From assembly GCA_951406725.2 (NCBI GenBank), contig OX597814.1:211606001-211670000 (forward strand): DNA of 64,000 nt, in the 5' to 3' direction. Position 1 is the first letter of the stretch; each line of letters starts with the position of its first letter. The notes beneath the pieces are model-generated. The model did not search any database. It saw only the letters and a program-made list of their open reading frames with translations, and was not told the origin of the DNA. Shown piece by piece: positions 39,901 to 51,969 of this stretch. The position numbers and the translations under genes are program-made. This DNA comes from Octopus vulgaris (lineage: Eukaryota).

Positions 39901-42775
39901 CATTAATTTCATCACACAAAGATGTGAGAATGAGTATATCAAAGACATCTCTAGTTCGAAAGGCACAGACGTAGTAATAGTTGAGAACTCAGTGATCCAC
40001 CGCGTACGTATTTGAAATGTATAGCAGGACCACCCTACAAATATCATGTGTAGACCTAGATTCGGTTGGTCAGTTTGTAATTGTCTAGAGGGCAAATGCT
40101 TTTCTTGACACCTACATGTGAAAATCGCTGAAATATATTGGACATCTTGTATGGAATTTCGGCAGATGTGGACAATGCAAAACTCGCTCGTCATCAGTAA
40201 AAATCCCCAAATCTCAAAATCATGAATTCAGTGACGAAAGTGAATGAACTATTTGAACACGGAAACCACTCGTATTTAGCACAGAATATAATTATCGAGG
40301 CAGCTGATCAAATCCAGTTAGGTCTCTGCAAGTAAATGTAATGATTAGTTACGAGATATAATCGTATACTTCATGTTACTTTTGTAGAAGACGACCAGTA
40401 ACGTTCCAAGACCTTACAACGACCTCACACTCACTGAAAAGAGGTTCTTTTAATAAAGTGTTATGACAGGTATGAAATAATTTTCTGTGCAATTCCTGTG
40501 TGTGCATCTTCATTCAAAAACTCTACTCTCATTGTACTATAGATGATTATGAGCATTTGCAATAGAAGTTCCAATATCTCATAGCACCTCGTTGTATAAA
40601 GTTCCTTTTCTGGTTCTCTTATTTGTTGAGATCAATTTATTACTAAATTCAATATATCAACGCTTTTGTACCGAACGCAAGTAAATATTAAAGGTTGTCA
40701 TTCGAAAGGAACTTTTTCTGCTTTGATTTAAGTGAATTTCATCTTCCACTATAATATTTGTTTATTGAGCTTCAACGCCAGTTACGAGCTATAATAAGAA
40801 AAAATATATTTACATACATATATACACACATGCTAACATACATACATACATACATACATACATACATACATACTGACATACATACATACATACATACATA
40901 CATACATACATACATACATACATGCATACATACATACATATATACAAACAATTATGCTTAGTCTCCTCGATTGCTTGCTTCTTCGTACAAAGAATTTGAT
41001 GTATAGAGAGTTACATTAATCACATGACAATTACATTTCAATAAAGAGAAGTATGAATCTCGGATCTGGTTCCAGAAAGAAAGGATATTATACTTCGGCT
41101 AATACAATTTTCTTTGATGAACTACTGTAATTTCTTTTGCCACTTCCTGCTCAAGTCGTTTTTAAATAATCCAATCACTGCTTCATGTGTATTACATTCA
41201 GTGTTTATCGTACTTGCCTCCCCAGCACACATTTAATGTGTTGCTGCAAGTTCCCTACTGACTTCTTTCCTGCTGCGGATGTTGCTATAGTTTGCTTTTG
41301 TATGAGTCTGTGGCTGCAGTCGCTAAGATATTGCGGTTCTATTATTGCCTCTGCTGTGCTAGATGCTGCTCCTTCAGAAACAGCTAATGCAGCTACTCTA
41401 CCTGAAAGCATCAATACAATATGTCGTTAGACTTGTGGCTTTTCTCATGAGAAGTGGCATAAGTACTTTTACTCATATTGCTATTGACGTTGTTGTTATT
41501 GAAATATTTGTCGCGTTTATCATTACAGTTGTTAATATTTTTGCAATCTTTGCAACAGATGTAGCTGCGGTTCCAGTCAAACAGCATATGAGGTCATTTG
41601 TTATCGTTGTTTAACACTCACTCAGACCTGAATGAGAATAAATAATATCAAAGGCCATCCAATATTCACTAATCTAGTTGCTTCGTTTTGCAAACTACAT
41701 AACTCAATGTACACTTTAATTTAAATGACAGAACAGCAATGTGATTTGAAGGATATATAAATGTTATTTTAGCATGTGAAACCAGCACTAGATAGCTCCA
41801 GCGTTGACACGTCGGCCATCTTCGGCTGCGAAATCAGAGGATATGTCTAGTTCCTCAGGTACAGAGAAAGGCCGAATAGTGTTTATACAAGATATATCGA
41901 CAGAAAAATGGGTAATATTTATTATTTACGCCGTAATATATTTTGGTGAATATGTACTATTTTTAGAGTGGTAGTGGTTTTCACGATGCGGAACGGATGT
42001 GAACTTAAAATGCAATACGACATCGTTAAATGCCGGAAGGAAGATTCACCGGGTCCTGCAATTCATTTATCAACGCGAAATTAAATGATTCACATCTATT
42101 TAACATGGATTCTTACTCAGTCATGGAATTATTTATTGCAACCATATTGATTCCTGCAAATTATGCTGAGCTGTTTAGAATATATCTGAAATATCACCAT
42201 GTTTTATATAAAGAATTCTATACGACTATGAAATATAAATTGTATAAATATCGAAGAGGGTAGCACAGATTTAGCACAACATATTAAATAATTGATCCAA
42301 TGTGTTTGGTGGGAAGACATTTAATGATTAAATAGGACTATTTACCTAAGTGTGAATATAAAGGAAATAAAGCGAAGACTTTTAACAACAGCGAACATAG
42401 ATTTAAGAGCAATGATGACATAACTAGCAGTGTTTAGAATTACAAGTTTTCACCAAGATTTAAGTTAGATGAAGATGGTGTTTAATAAGATAACCTCTGT
42501 TGCATGGAGTAAATGGAAATGTTGTGAAATCTTAGAAACACAAGCCACAATCATACTAATGATTCATTAAAATATAAGAGCTGGGATGGAAACAGAGACA
42601 AAGTGATACGTAACAAACCTAGTAATAGTATTAACGAATATAATGAGCTTTATATTACTGCATTCACTTAAGCTCGCTTCCAGTCAAATGAGTAGACGAA
42701 TAATCCAACCTCTAAACAATTACATATATAACAATATAACTATACAAAGCAATATATATATATATATATATATAT

Positions 42776-43143
42776 GCTGGAGTACCGCCTCTAGTCGAAC
42801 AAATCGACCCCAGGATTTATTCATTGCAAGTTTAGTATTTATTTTATCGGTCTCTTTTGCCTAACCACTCGGTCAGAGGCACGTAAGCACACCACCATCG
42901 GTTCTGAAGCGATGTTGGGGGGGGGGGGAGGGAGACAAACATAGACACACAAACACAACACCCCCACACATGCATATATACGACGTGCTTCTTCCAGTTT
43001 CCGTCTACCAAATGCAACCACAAGATTTTGGTTGGCCCCAGGCTATAGTAGAAAACACTTGGCCAAAGTGCCACGCAGTGGGACTGGACCTGAAAAAAAG
43101 GGGTTGAGAAGGACGCTACTTACCACACAGCCACGCCTGCGCC
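42776..43143 (-). mobile_element. SINE family A, diverged, 3'-truncated
   Basis: CCACACAGCCACGCCTGCGCC head; CAGTTTCCGTCTACCAAAT body. Confidence 0.8.
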
Positions 43144-43149
43144 TATATG

Positions 43150-43344
43150 TTGCCATGATAGATCGTTAGCCACTAAACACATTTTTTCTCTCCTTGTTTC
43201 TCTCCCTCTTTTTTCTGTGTCCCTTTCTGTAGAGGAGCGTAGGCTCGAAACGTAAAAGACTTGTTTCTATTCCTGAGCGTTATATTAATACATGTGTTTG
43301 TTTTGTACACCACCTGTCTTCGTCTTTTTTTTTTCGTAAACTCT

Positions 43345-43348
<4 letters not shown>
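43150..43348 (+). repeat. repeat family H1 with a hammerhead-like motif (43223-43258)
   Basis: Reverse complement of 8473-8672; abuts (TA)n. Confidence 0.7.
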
Positions 43349-43397
<49 letters not shown>

Positions 43398-43479
43398 TAC
43401 ATACATACATACATACATACGTACATGCATACATATATACATATACATGCATTGTTACATATACGTCTACATATATATG

Positions 43480-46400
43480 AGCGTGTGTGAATATAGCTTC
43501 GTGATTTTTCACGACCTCTTGACACCAAGTATTAGGGGAACCGTTTTAGTCGGCGATGGAATAAGCACGAATTAAAAAAAAAATTTTCGGCTATTAACTT
43601 GGAAGTAGTGCGCCATGAAATATGAAGTCCAATCCAATATATTTGGATTAACTGTTGAACTGGACGGACGTCTATTTGTTTCTCTCCCGAGTCAGTAGCA
43701 AGCTACACAGCTTCAAAACTAACTGACCTTAAATATATATATATTTGTAACCACGTGTTTGCCTACAAACCCGTAAGTACGTTTTCATTTAACTACAAAT
43801 TGTTATATACACCTGTTTTTCTTTTAATATCCTCAAACAACCAAATAATCAAAAACTCACACCCTTAAGAGAGAACATTTATATATATATACACTTCTTT
43901 AACTCCCAAGAAAGAATATATATATTTTCAAAAATCAAAAGGAAAACAAACAAAAGAAAAACAAACATGACTAACTTGCAGGCCTGCAACAGACGAAATT
44001 GGTCTGATAACGAAATTGATGTTTTAATAAACACATGGCTCTCTCTTTCCCAAACAGAAAATCTAAATGTCTTGTGTTTGAATGAGATTGCCGAAAAAAC
44101 ATCACAAGTGGTCAACACACGATCCGTCAAACAGATTCGTAGCAAGTTGAAACATATCGAAGTATCTTTCAAACTGATAAGAGGCCATTATGAAAAGCTT
44201 CTACATATTTTCACAGTTCAAGAACAACAACAGCTAGAAAATCAGCAGCCACAACAACAACAACAACAGAATGAGCCACTCCTGGTTCCCAACACAATGG
44301 CTGACCCTGACATCGGTCAGGCACAACAACAACAACAACAGCCACAGCAACAAGAACAACAACAGCCACTCCTCAACTCTAGCTTACTAGACGATTCACT
44401 AAATGCCAGTATCTTTTCACCGCTCTCACAGCAACCACCACAATTATCATCCTCATCATCACCACCGCTGCCACCATCGTCTTCTATCACCAAAAATACC
44501 AACAGAAAACCAAATAAGAAACCACTGCCCTCTTCCCCCACATCACCACCTCAATACTACTGCAGTAACAAAAACTTAAAGAAACATAGGAAGCAGAATG
44601 CGCCCCCCACGGCACAAACAAGAAATCCCCAAATATGCCGCTATTCACTGCGCCAGAGACTCTGCACAAATAGTGACTGCATCTTCACGCATCTACCCGG
44701 CACTAGACGCACTACTGGCCAAGGCCAAAGCACGCATCCCACAATAACATCAACACCACCAAATAGTAAATCGAAATTCAAAACACACACAACTCGGAGT
44801 CCCAAAATCTGCCGGTATTCCCAACGTGAGAGAACATGTCTACTGAGTGACTGTCCCTTCACTCATCTTCCAGGGACCCGACGCACAAACAGAAACGGGG
44901 CCTCAAGCCAACACACAAACCTGAATAACAATAAAAATAGAAACACACCATGCTGCAGTAATGCTGGTCCAGTCTTTTCAGGAAGACACAAAAACAACAA
45001 CAACAAAAGTGGAAACTACAACCCTATCCAACAGTGCAACCACACCTCCAGCCAAAAACTGCTCCCTAAGCAGGAAAATTCTTTTAGCCATGTTGAACAT
45101 GGCAAAAGAGATACACAAAAACATTCTAGCCATCACTCAACACCATCCTATGCTATTACCCCAGTGCACCAATTCCCCACATTGCTGCCACTAACACACA
45201 CAAAAAATCCAAGCCCCCTGCAACAGTCAAAACCAGCCACTACACTAACCTCCACATTCCTACTCAATGCACAAGGTGTCAGCCCTTCCATCAATGCACA
45301 AAAATGGAAGGTCCAATTCATTGAAGACTGGGTTGGTAACCATTCACACCACATCCCTTTCTTCATTCTCACTGAGACCCACCTTGACAACTCCCACTTG
45401 GAAGCCGAAGTGAGAGTGAAGAATTTCACAACCATCCGCGCGGATCGTATCGGCAGGAGGAAGGGTGGAACTGCCATTTTCCTGCATGATTCATTTACGG
45501 CAGATGGAAATAGTATATTCTCCAACGGCTACTGTGAATCAGTCACCGTGCACAACAAAGCCAATGATCTGACAGTAATTGGGCTCTATAGGCCGCCCCA
45601 AACACCCATACTGTGCTTTAAAGAATGCCTCAACAGCATTAAGTGCTTTATTCAACAGTGCCATTCTAGCAACATACTCATGATGGGAGACTTCAATCTA
45701 CCCTGTGTTGACTGGACTACAAACTGTTTGAAACCAAGCACTCCCGCCTCAACCGCTGACAAAGAAGCAGCAGAGTCACTTTTCGACTTTACGAATGAGT
45801 TTTTCTTGTCCCAACTTGTCCTTGCACCAACAAGACATCAGAACATTTTGGACCTAGTGTTTAGTAACCACACTAACACTATACATAACGTTACAGTGGA
45901 AAAAACCCTTCTTTCAGACCATGACATGGTTCTCTGTAACATGAAATTCCACCAGCCGAAAGCTAATCCTAGTGACCTTCCTCCAGCCCACCCATTTGAC
46001 AACATGGATCTCCATAAAGCCAACTGGGATGCAATCAGGAACGAGCTATCAAATGTTGACTGGTCCTTTACACATACACACATCTCCACCAACCATAAAA
46101 CATCTTGGCAGATCTTTGTAGACACCGTCACAGACATATGTGCAAAACACTCCCCACCAAGACCTGTGAACAAAAAGTGCAGAATCCCCCAAAACAGAAA
46201 AACCATTATCAGAAAAATAAAAAGAACAAACAAAAAAATTAACAAACTAAAGTACTGCCAACAGCAACACACACATTCGACGGCTATCGCACTGCTTGAA
46301 TCCAAAAAATATAACCTCCAACAATGCATGAAGTCCCTCATCAATAACCAAAGATCAGCTGAGGAGAAGTGGGCCATTGAAAAAATCAAACTCAACCCCA

Positions 46401-48284
46401 AAGTGTTCTTTTCATTTGCGAGGAAACGCAGGGTCACTGTCTCCACTGTAGGCCCTCTAATTGACGAAACTGGCACTCTCCAAGATAATGCCAAATCCAT
46501 GGCCGAGATACTGCAGAAACAATACTGCTCTGTTTTCAGCAATCCTGATATGGCCGATCTGGGCTGTATCAGTGATGTCAACCCCCAACACACTATATCG
46601 GACATAACGTTTAGTGCCCCTGATGTCTTAGCGGCGATAAACGAAATAAAACACAATTCAGCAGTAGGCCCCGATAGGTTCCCTGCTTGTGTCCTGAAGG
46701 TGTGTCGACACCAACTTGCATCTCCCCTTGCTAATCTGTGGAGAAACTCACTGGATGCTGGCTATATTCCAAAAAACCTTCTGTCCCAGTCTGTTGTCCC
46801 AGTTTTCAAAAAGGGAAACAAGTCCCTTGCAGTGAATTACCGTCCGATCTCACTCACCTCTCATATCATCAAGGTATTTGAGAGGGTGGTGAGATCTCAA
46901 ATAACCCAATTTCTGGAAAGCAACAGACGGCTGATCTCCAACCAACATGGGTTCCGTAATGGAAGGGACTGCCTAACGCAGCTCCTGCATCACTTTGAGG
47001 ACATTTTGAGAGCTTTGGGAGAGGGCTCCAACACCGATGTCATCTACCTTGATTTCAGTAAGGCCTTCGACAGGGTCGATCACAAGATCCTATTGAAAAA
47101 ACTATCCAACATTGGTGTCTCTGGAAAGTTACTGAAATGGATTAAGTGTTTCCTGACAGACAGATCTCAACATGTTGTAGTTGAAGGGGTAAAATCAAGC
47201 CCAGCCAAAGTCAGTAGTGGCGTTCCGCAAGGCACTGTGCTGGGCCCACTTCTTTTCATCATTTACATTAATGACATTAATGACATCATCAAGCACAGCA
47301 ACATAAAAATCTTTGCAGATGACTCCAAGCTACAGAAGGTCATAAATGAGGCGAGTGACCGGACATGCCTTCAGTCAGATCTACTGGCTGTTATCCAATG
47401 GGCAGAAAAAAACAATATGCTGCTGAACGAGGATAAATTTGAGCTAATCCACTTTGGAAAAGAGGATGCCCTGAAACTCCCATACTCCCTTCCTTCAGGT
47501 GAAACTCTCGCGGCGTCCAACAACATCAGAGACTTGGGAGTAATTGTGGACAACAACGTAAGCTGGGCCACTCATATAAACACCAAAGTTGACATGGCCC
47601 GCAGAATGTGTTCCTGGATTCTCAGAACTTTCCAGTCGAGAGATATCCACACCATTATCCTTCTCTTCTCCACTTTTGCCCGACCCCACCTTGAATACTG
47701 TTGTCCACTGTGGTCTCCCCACACAATACAAGGTATCAAAAAAGTCGAAGCACCTCAAAGGGCAATCACAAAAAAGATAGATGGCATGACAGGCCTCGAC
47801 TATTGGGGTCGACTAGAAAAGCTAAAACTCTATTCTCTCCAACGTCGTCGTGAGCGCTACATCATCTGCATGATGTGGAAAATATTCCATCAGCATTGCC
47901 CAAATGATGTTGGCATCACCTTTAAGGTACATCCAAGGCTTGGGCCCCGTGCCATCCGCCCAAAACAAAAATCGCACTCTCATCTCATAACAACAATACG
48001 GCACAATTATTTCACCTCAATTGGCCCCGCTCTCTTTAACATCACACCAAAACACATTAAAACAGAAACTGACCCTATAGGGTTCAAGAAGTCTTTGGAC
48101 AGATTCCTTCAAGAAATCCCGGATAAACCCCCTACACCCGGATATGTCTCTGTAAACAATAACTCTCTACTTGAGTGGGCCATAGTGCCCAAATTCTGAC
48201 TTGAAAGACTTCACCAGGTGGTGCTATTAAGTTAGACATGGCCTGGGCCAATAATGGCCGAAACCTATCAAAGTATCAAAGTAT

Positions 48285-48285
<1 letters not shown>
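43480..48285 (+). mobile_element. apparently full-length APE-type non-LTR retrotransposon (clade tentative, Proto2-like)
   Basis: About 490-bp 5'UTR, one 4.2-kb ORF, short 3'UTR with a GGCC-AATAAT-GGCC stem-loop and (AAAGTATC)n tail running into (TA)n; 5' boundary approximate, no TSD found. Confidence 0.9.
43967..48199 (+). CDS. 1410-aa polyprotein: Myb/SANT-like N-terminus, polyQ/Pro-Ser linker, two CCCH zinc fingers, APE endonuclease, reverse transcriptase
   Basis: WSDNEIDVLINTW...RSVKQIRSKLK; two C-x8-C-x4-C-x3-H; APE motifs LTETHL, YRPP, MGDFN, LDLVF, SDHD; RT motifs YRPISLTS, DFSKAFD, GVPQGTVLGP, FADD; no stops. Confidence 0.95.
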   Translation: MTNLQACNRRNWSDNEIDVLINTWLSLSQTENLNVLCLNEIAEKTSQVVNTRSVKQIRSKLKHIEVSFKLIRGHYEKLLHIFTVQEQQQLENQQPQQQQQQNEPLLVPNTMADPDIGQAQQQQQQPQQQEQQQPLLNSSLLDDSLNASIFSPLSQQPPQLSSSSSPPLPPSSSITKNTNRKPNKKPLPSSPTSPPQYYCSNKNLKKHRKQNAPPTAQTRNPQICRYSLRQRLCTNSDCIFTHLPGTRRTTGQGQSTHPTITSTPPNSKSKFKTHTTRSPKICRYSQRERTCLLSDCPFTHLPGTRRTNRNGASSQHTNLNNNKNRNTPCCSNAGPVFSGRHKNNNNKSGNYNPIQQCNHTSSQKLLPKQENSFSHVEHGKRDTQKHSSHHSTPSYAITPVHQFPTLLPLTHTKNPSPLQQSKPATTLTSTFLLNAQGVSPSINAQKWKVQFIEDWVGNHSHHIPFFILTETHLDNSHLEAEVRVKNFTTIRADRIGRRKGGTAIFLHDSFTADGNSIFSNGYCESVTVHNKANDLTVIGLYRPPQTPILCFKECLNSIKCFIQQCHSSNILMMGDFNLPCVDWTTNCLKPSTPASTADKEAAESLFDFTNEFFLSQLVLAPTRHQNILDLVFSNHTNTIHNVTVEKTLLSDHDMVLCNMKFHQPKANPSDLPPAHPFDNMDLHKANWDAIRNELSNVDWSFTHTHISTNHKTSWQIFVDTVTDICAKHSPPRPVNKKCRIPQNRKTIIRKIKRTNKKINKLKYCQQQHTHSTAIALLESKKYNLQQCMKSLINNQRSAEEKWAIEKIKLNPKVFFSFARKRRVTVSTVGPLIDETGTLQDNAKSMAEILQKQYCSVFSNPDMADLGCISDVNPQHTISDITFSAPDVLAAINEIKHNSAVGPDRFPACVLKVCRHQLASPLANLWRNSLDAGYIPKNLLSQSVVPVFKKGNKSLAVNYRPISLTSHIIKVFERVVRSQITQFLESNRRLISNQHGFRNGRDCLTQLLHHFEDILRALGEGSNTDVIYLDFSKAFDRVDHKILLKKLSNIGVSGKLLKWIKCFLTDRSQHVVVEGVKSSPAKVSSGVPQGTVLGPLLFIIYINDINDIIKHSNIKIFADDSKLQKVINEASDRTCLQSDLLAVIQWAEKNNMLLNEDKFELIHFGKEDALKLPYSLPSGETLAASNNIRDLGVIVDNNVSWATHINTKVDMARRMCSWILRTFQSRDIHTIILLFSTFARPHLEYCCPLWSPHTIQGIKKVEAPQRAITKKIDGMTGLDYWGRLEKLKLYSLQRRRERYIICMMWKIFHQHCPNDVGITFKVHPRLGPRAIRPKQKSHSHLITTIRHNYFTSIGPALFNITPKHIKTETDPIGFKKSLDRFLQEIPDKPPTPGYVSVNNNSLLEWAIVPKF

Positions 48286-48321
<36 letters not shown>

Positions 48322-48331
48322 CATACATACA

Positions 48332-50870
48332 CTAGCAGAAATACCCAGCATTTCCCCGGCTGAATAAAATATTGAAATTCAAAAGTGTCTTTTAGATCTC
48401 TAACATGAAACATAGTCAACGCAGGTCTTTCGCCCTAATAGCAGAGATACCAACTTTATACGTTAATAACCCGGCATTTCCGACTTTATTGAATATGATA
48501 AAATTTAAGTATGCCTTTTAAATCTCTAAGTAGAATGAAACATAAATTATGCTGTCCTCAACATTTATTAGCTGAGGTCAATAGCATATTTTCTCCAATG
48601 TACTCACTGTTAAAATTGTTTAAAACATGAGGTAGTTCTTTGTCTTTGCAATCATCTTCAATTGTCAGTACTTATTTGAAACACGTTGAACCTGAAAATG
48701 CATAAATTTGAGAAGGACCAGCCTGTGGGTGCTCCTCTGCTGTTAATAAGTACAGTTAACAAAAATTCTATCAGATGACGTCAGTATAAACAAATGTTTT
48801 GAAGCAAATCCAGAAATCAATTTCAGTTTAATTTTCTAGAGCTTCTAAATATATGATGTTTTGAGTGCATCCATTAATTGTTGTATAAATGAAAAAAATT
48901 TAAGGAGTTACAACTCGCCAAAATCCTACATGCAATTGTCCATGAGAGAAGCAAGGTGAAGCAAGGTGAAGCCCAACAACCTTGAGAGACTGTCCTTGAG
49001 ATATGTGCATTGACATAACGAAAGTACACATTCACCTGGGGCAAATATTTTCACCAAACAATGTATGTTATGTATATGAAACAGATTTATTCACAATTCA
49101 TCAATTAAATGAAATCTCCGTGTGAATTTTTTTTTTATCACACACTCACTCACATCTTATGCAAATAGAACGCCGGAGAAGGCATAACTACAGACTTCTG
49201 TCCACCGAATTTAGATGATTATAACTTACAGAAAAATTGGATATTTTTTCATTAAATTTTCTATGAATATATATTATATCATATATAATCCGAATATACA
49301 AAATTTTGGGGGAAAGGGAAGAGTTTTAGAGGAGGTCGGGAGAGTTTTCGGAAATTTCATCGGAATCCAATTCAATTCATCTTTTGTAATTAAATTGTCT
49401 ACATATATACCTCGAACTATGTACATTCCGAGCATATAGGGTGTTTGGGAAAAACAATTGGGTGTTATTTTTGAAAACTTTATCCCAATCGGGAGTGTTT
49501 CGGGACACGTCGTCCATATTTGCTTCATTTTATCTGTTTTGTGCGTTTGTGCATCCGTATATAACCCTCAACCCTAGCTTTAAAATTTCGGGAAAAAAAT
49601 GGAAAAGGGGAGGAGTGGAGAAATATTCGTAGATAATTCAATTAAAAAATATCCATTGAAAGTCGGTGGAGGTGGAGCGAGGGAGAAATCTATAGTTTTA
49701 GCGCCGGAGAACAATATATCAAAATGAAAGTACTTTTAGAAATTTTTTTTTATTTATCTGAAATCGTCACAACTGAATATCAAGTGTTAATAAGATGACT
49801 TGTTCCAAAAATGTCCGAAATATGTATTGAAAAATCAAGAAAAAGGAGTCTATGTCCTTAGGAATTTTTCTCACCTTTTGAAATTCAATACACATACACA
49901 CACACACACAATTCATTTGCCTTCATTGCCTGTTGCTTCGGTAGATATCTACGGATGCAGAAACGCACAAAACTGAGAAAAAGAAACAAATATGGAGGAC
50001 TTGTTCCGAAATACCCCCTAATGGGAAACAGTTCTCTAAAATAACACCCAATTATTTTCTCTAAAAATTCCTACATGCTCGGAATGTACATAGTTGGAGG
50101 TGTATTTATAGACAATTTCATTAAACGATATCCATTTTCCAGAAATTTAAGACGAGTTGAAATGGACTCCAGTGAATTTTCCGAAAATCCTCTACCACCT
50201 CCGCCTGAAACAATTTTTCATCAAAATATTAAATATTCAGAATATATATGATATAACACATATTCGTTGAAAATTTCATTAAAAATATCCATTTTTCTGA
50301 ATGTGATGATCATCCAAATCTGTGGTGGGGGTTGCAGAAATCTGTAGTTATGCCGCCGGCGAAGAATATAAGCAATGAAAGTACCTTTAGAAATTCTTTT
50401 TTTATCTGAAATCGTCACATCTGAATATCAAGTGTTAATAAGTTGACTTGTTCCAAAAATGTCCGAAATATGCATTGGAAAATCAAGAAAAAGGAGTCTA
50501 TCTCCGCATAGCATTTCTTTTCTCCCATGTAAGTACCTTTTGAAATACTTTATCAGAAATGGTCACAATTGTGATGCGGTGTACATAAATGTATGGGCAA
50601 ATAGCTGGTTAGGACGTCAAATGCAGGACATTGAAACTTATTTACTTCGTCAAGACGCCAAAGACAGGAAGTTCAGAAAACGATTTGAAGAAGTGAATCC
50701 TTATATATGGAGCAATATTATTTATCTTCACTAAAAAGAAAATCAAAATCAAGACCGTATAATTCTTTCAAAGGTCAAATTATTCATGTACATCAAGTAT
50801 GGTACAGATTGATCCAGAGGTTCGTGTATGCATTGAGGACACAGACATACAGACAGAGTATTATATATAT
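48332..50870 (-). mobile_element. non-autonomous Helitron-like element (about 2.5 kb)
   Basis: Minus-strand 3' end CCGGGGAAATGCTGGG hairpin then TTTCTGCTAG|T; 5' region (TA)n-TACTCTGTCTGTATGTCTGTG resembles the 16707 element; internal repeats. Confidence 0.7.
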
Positions 50871-51178
50871 ATATACCAGAGTGAGCACATAAATGCGAAT
50901 CAATGTGGAAAAAATCGTACTCGAATACCAGAAGTAGAGTCACACGCTTTATAAAAAAAAAACAGCAACAATATCACAGAAGCTGTTACTCAGAGTTTCA
51001 CGTTCTCGTTCGTTGGACAGTTTTGTTTAGAAAGGAACAAAAATAAGGTTGTAAGCAAGAATATACAATTAGTTCAGTCACACATTTGAAAATGGTTTTG
51101 TTTCCTTGGTCCTTTCAACTAACGGTCTTTTCGATAACCTGTTGCATGCAATAACAAACTGCGATATAAAATCATATA

Positions 51179-51411
51179 AGGCGGTGAGCTGGCAGAAATG
51201 TTAGCACGCCGGTCGAAATGCTTAGCGGTATTTCGTCTGCGTTATGTTGTGAGTTCAAATTCCACAGAGGTCGACTCTGCCTTTCATCCTTTCGGGGTCG
51301 ATAAATTAAGTACCAGTTACGCACTGGGGTCGATGTAATCGACTTAATACCTATGTCTGTCCTTGTTTTTACCCTCTGTGTTTAGCCCCTTGTTGGTAAT
51401 AAATAAATAGG
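51179..51411 (+). mobile_element. SINE family B inserted in the left arm of the fold-back, 11-bp TSD
   Basis: TATAAAATCAT at 51165-51175 and 51412-51422. Confidence 0.9.
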
Positions 51412-51927
51412 TATAAAATCATCTTATAAAAATCAAAGAAAATCTTAATCAAAAATAGCTGATAAAGAACCTGAATACCTAGGGTAAGTAATTAGCTGTA
51501 AAACATTAATCAATTCATACATTGAAAGTTATATCCGTTTTAAAAAAAGCAATTTTAAACTTAAGCTTAAGCTTAAAACGGTAAAACAGTTGAAGGGTTT
51601 CTTAAAAGTAATGTCGAAATATTCATTAGCACAGCAATGCAAAATAATTATAACGTATAAAGTCAAATTTGAACTGATATAAGTTTTAACGTATAAATTG
51701 ATTAATATTTTACAGCTAATTATTTACCCTGAGTATACAAGTTCTTTATAAGGTATTTGTGATTTAAGCTTTTCTTCGATATTTATAAGATGATTTCATA
51801 CCGCAATTTGTTATTGCATAGAACCGGTCATTGAAAAGACCATTAGTTGAAAGGGCGAATAAAACAAAACCATTTTCAAATGTGTCTCTATTGAACTAAT
51901 TGCGTATTATTGCTCCATTCGAAATAC

Positions 51928-51969
51928 AACTGTCCGACGAACGGGAACGTGAAACTCTGAGTAACAGTT
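51928..51969 (+). ncRNA. putative minimal type I hammerhead ribozyme (U4C core)
   Basis: AACTGT-CCGACGA-ACG GGAA CGT-GAAA-CTC T GAG-TA-ACAGTT; stems I, II and III all pair; activity untested. Confidence 0.6.

Noticed and set aside
41185-41614. Overlapping 70-83 aa ORFs with Ala/Ser bias
   Set aside because: Looks like decayed (GCT/GTT)n low-complexity DNA; no motif or convincing splice pair
43495-43575. HDV-like ribozyme in the LINE 5'UTR
   Set aside because: Small hairpins exist but the nested double pseudoknot could not be built by eye
45838-46656. 272-aa antisense ORF
   Set aside because: Shadow of the codon-biased LINE ORF on the opposite strand
48236-48270. Hammerhead at the LINE 3' end (GGCC stem then GAAAC)
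   Set aside because: No CUGANGA-like core upstream; better explained as the RT-recognition stem-loop
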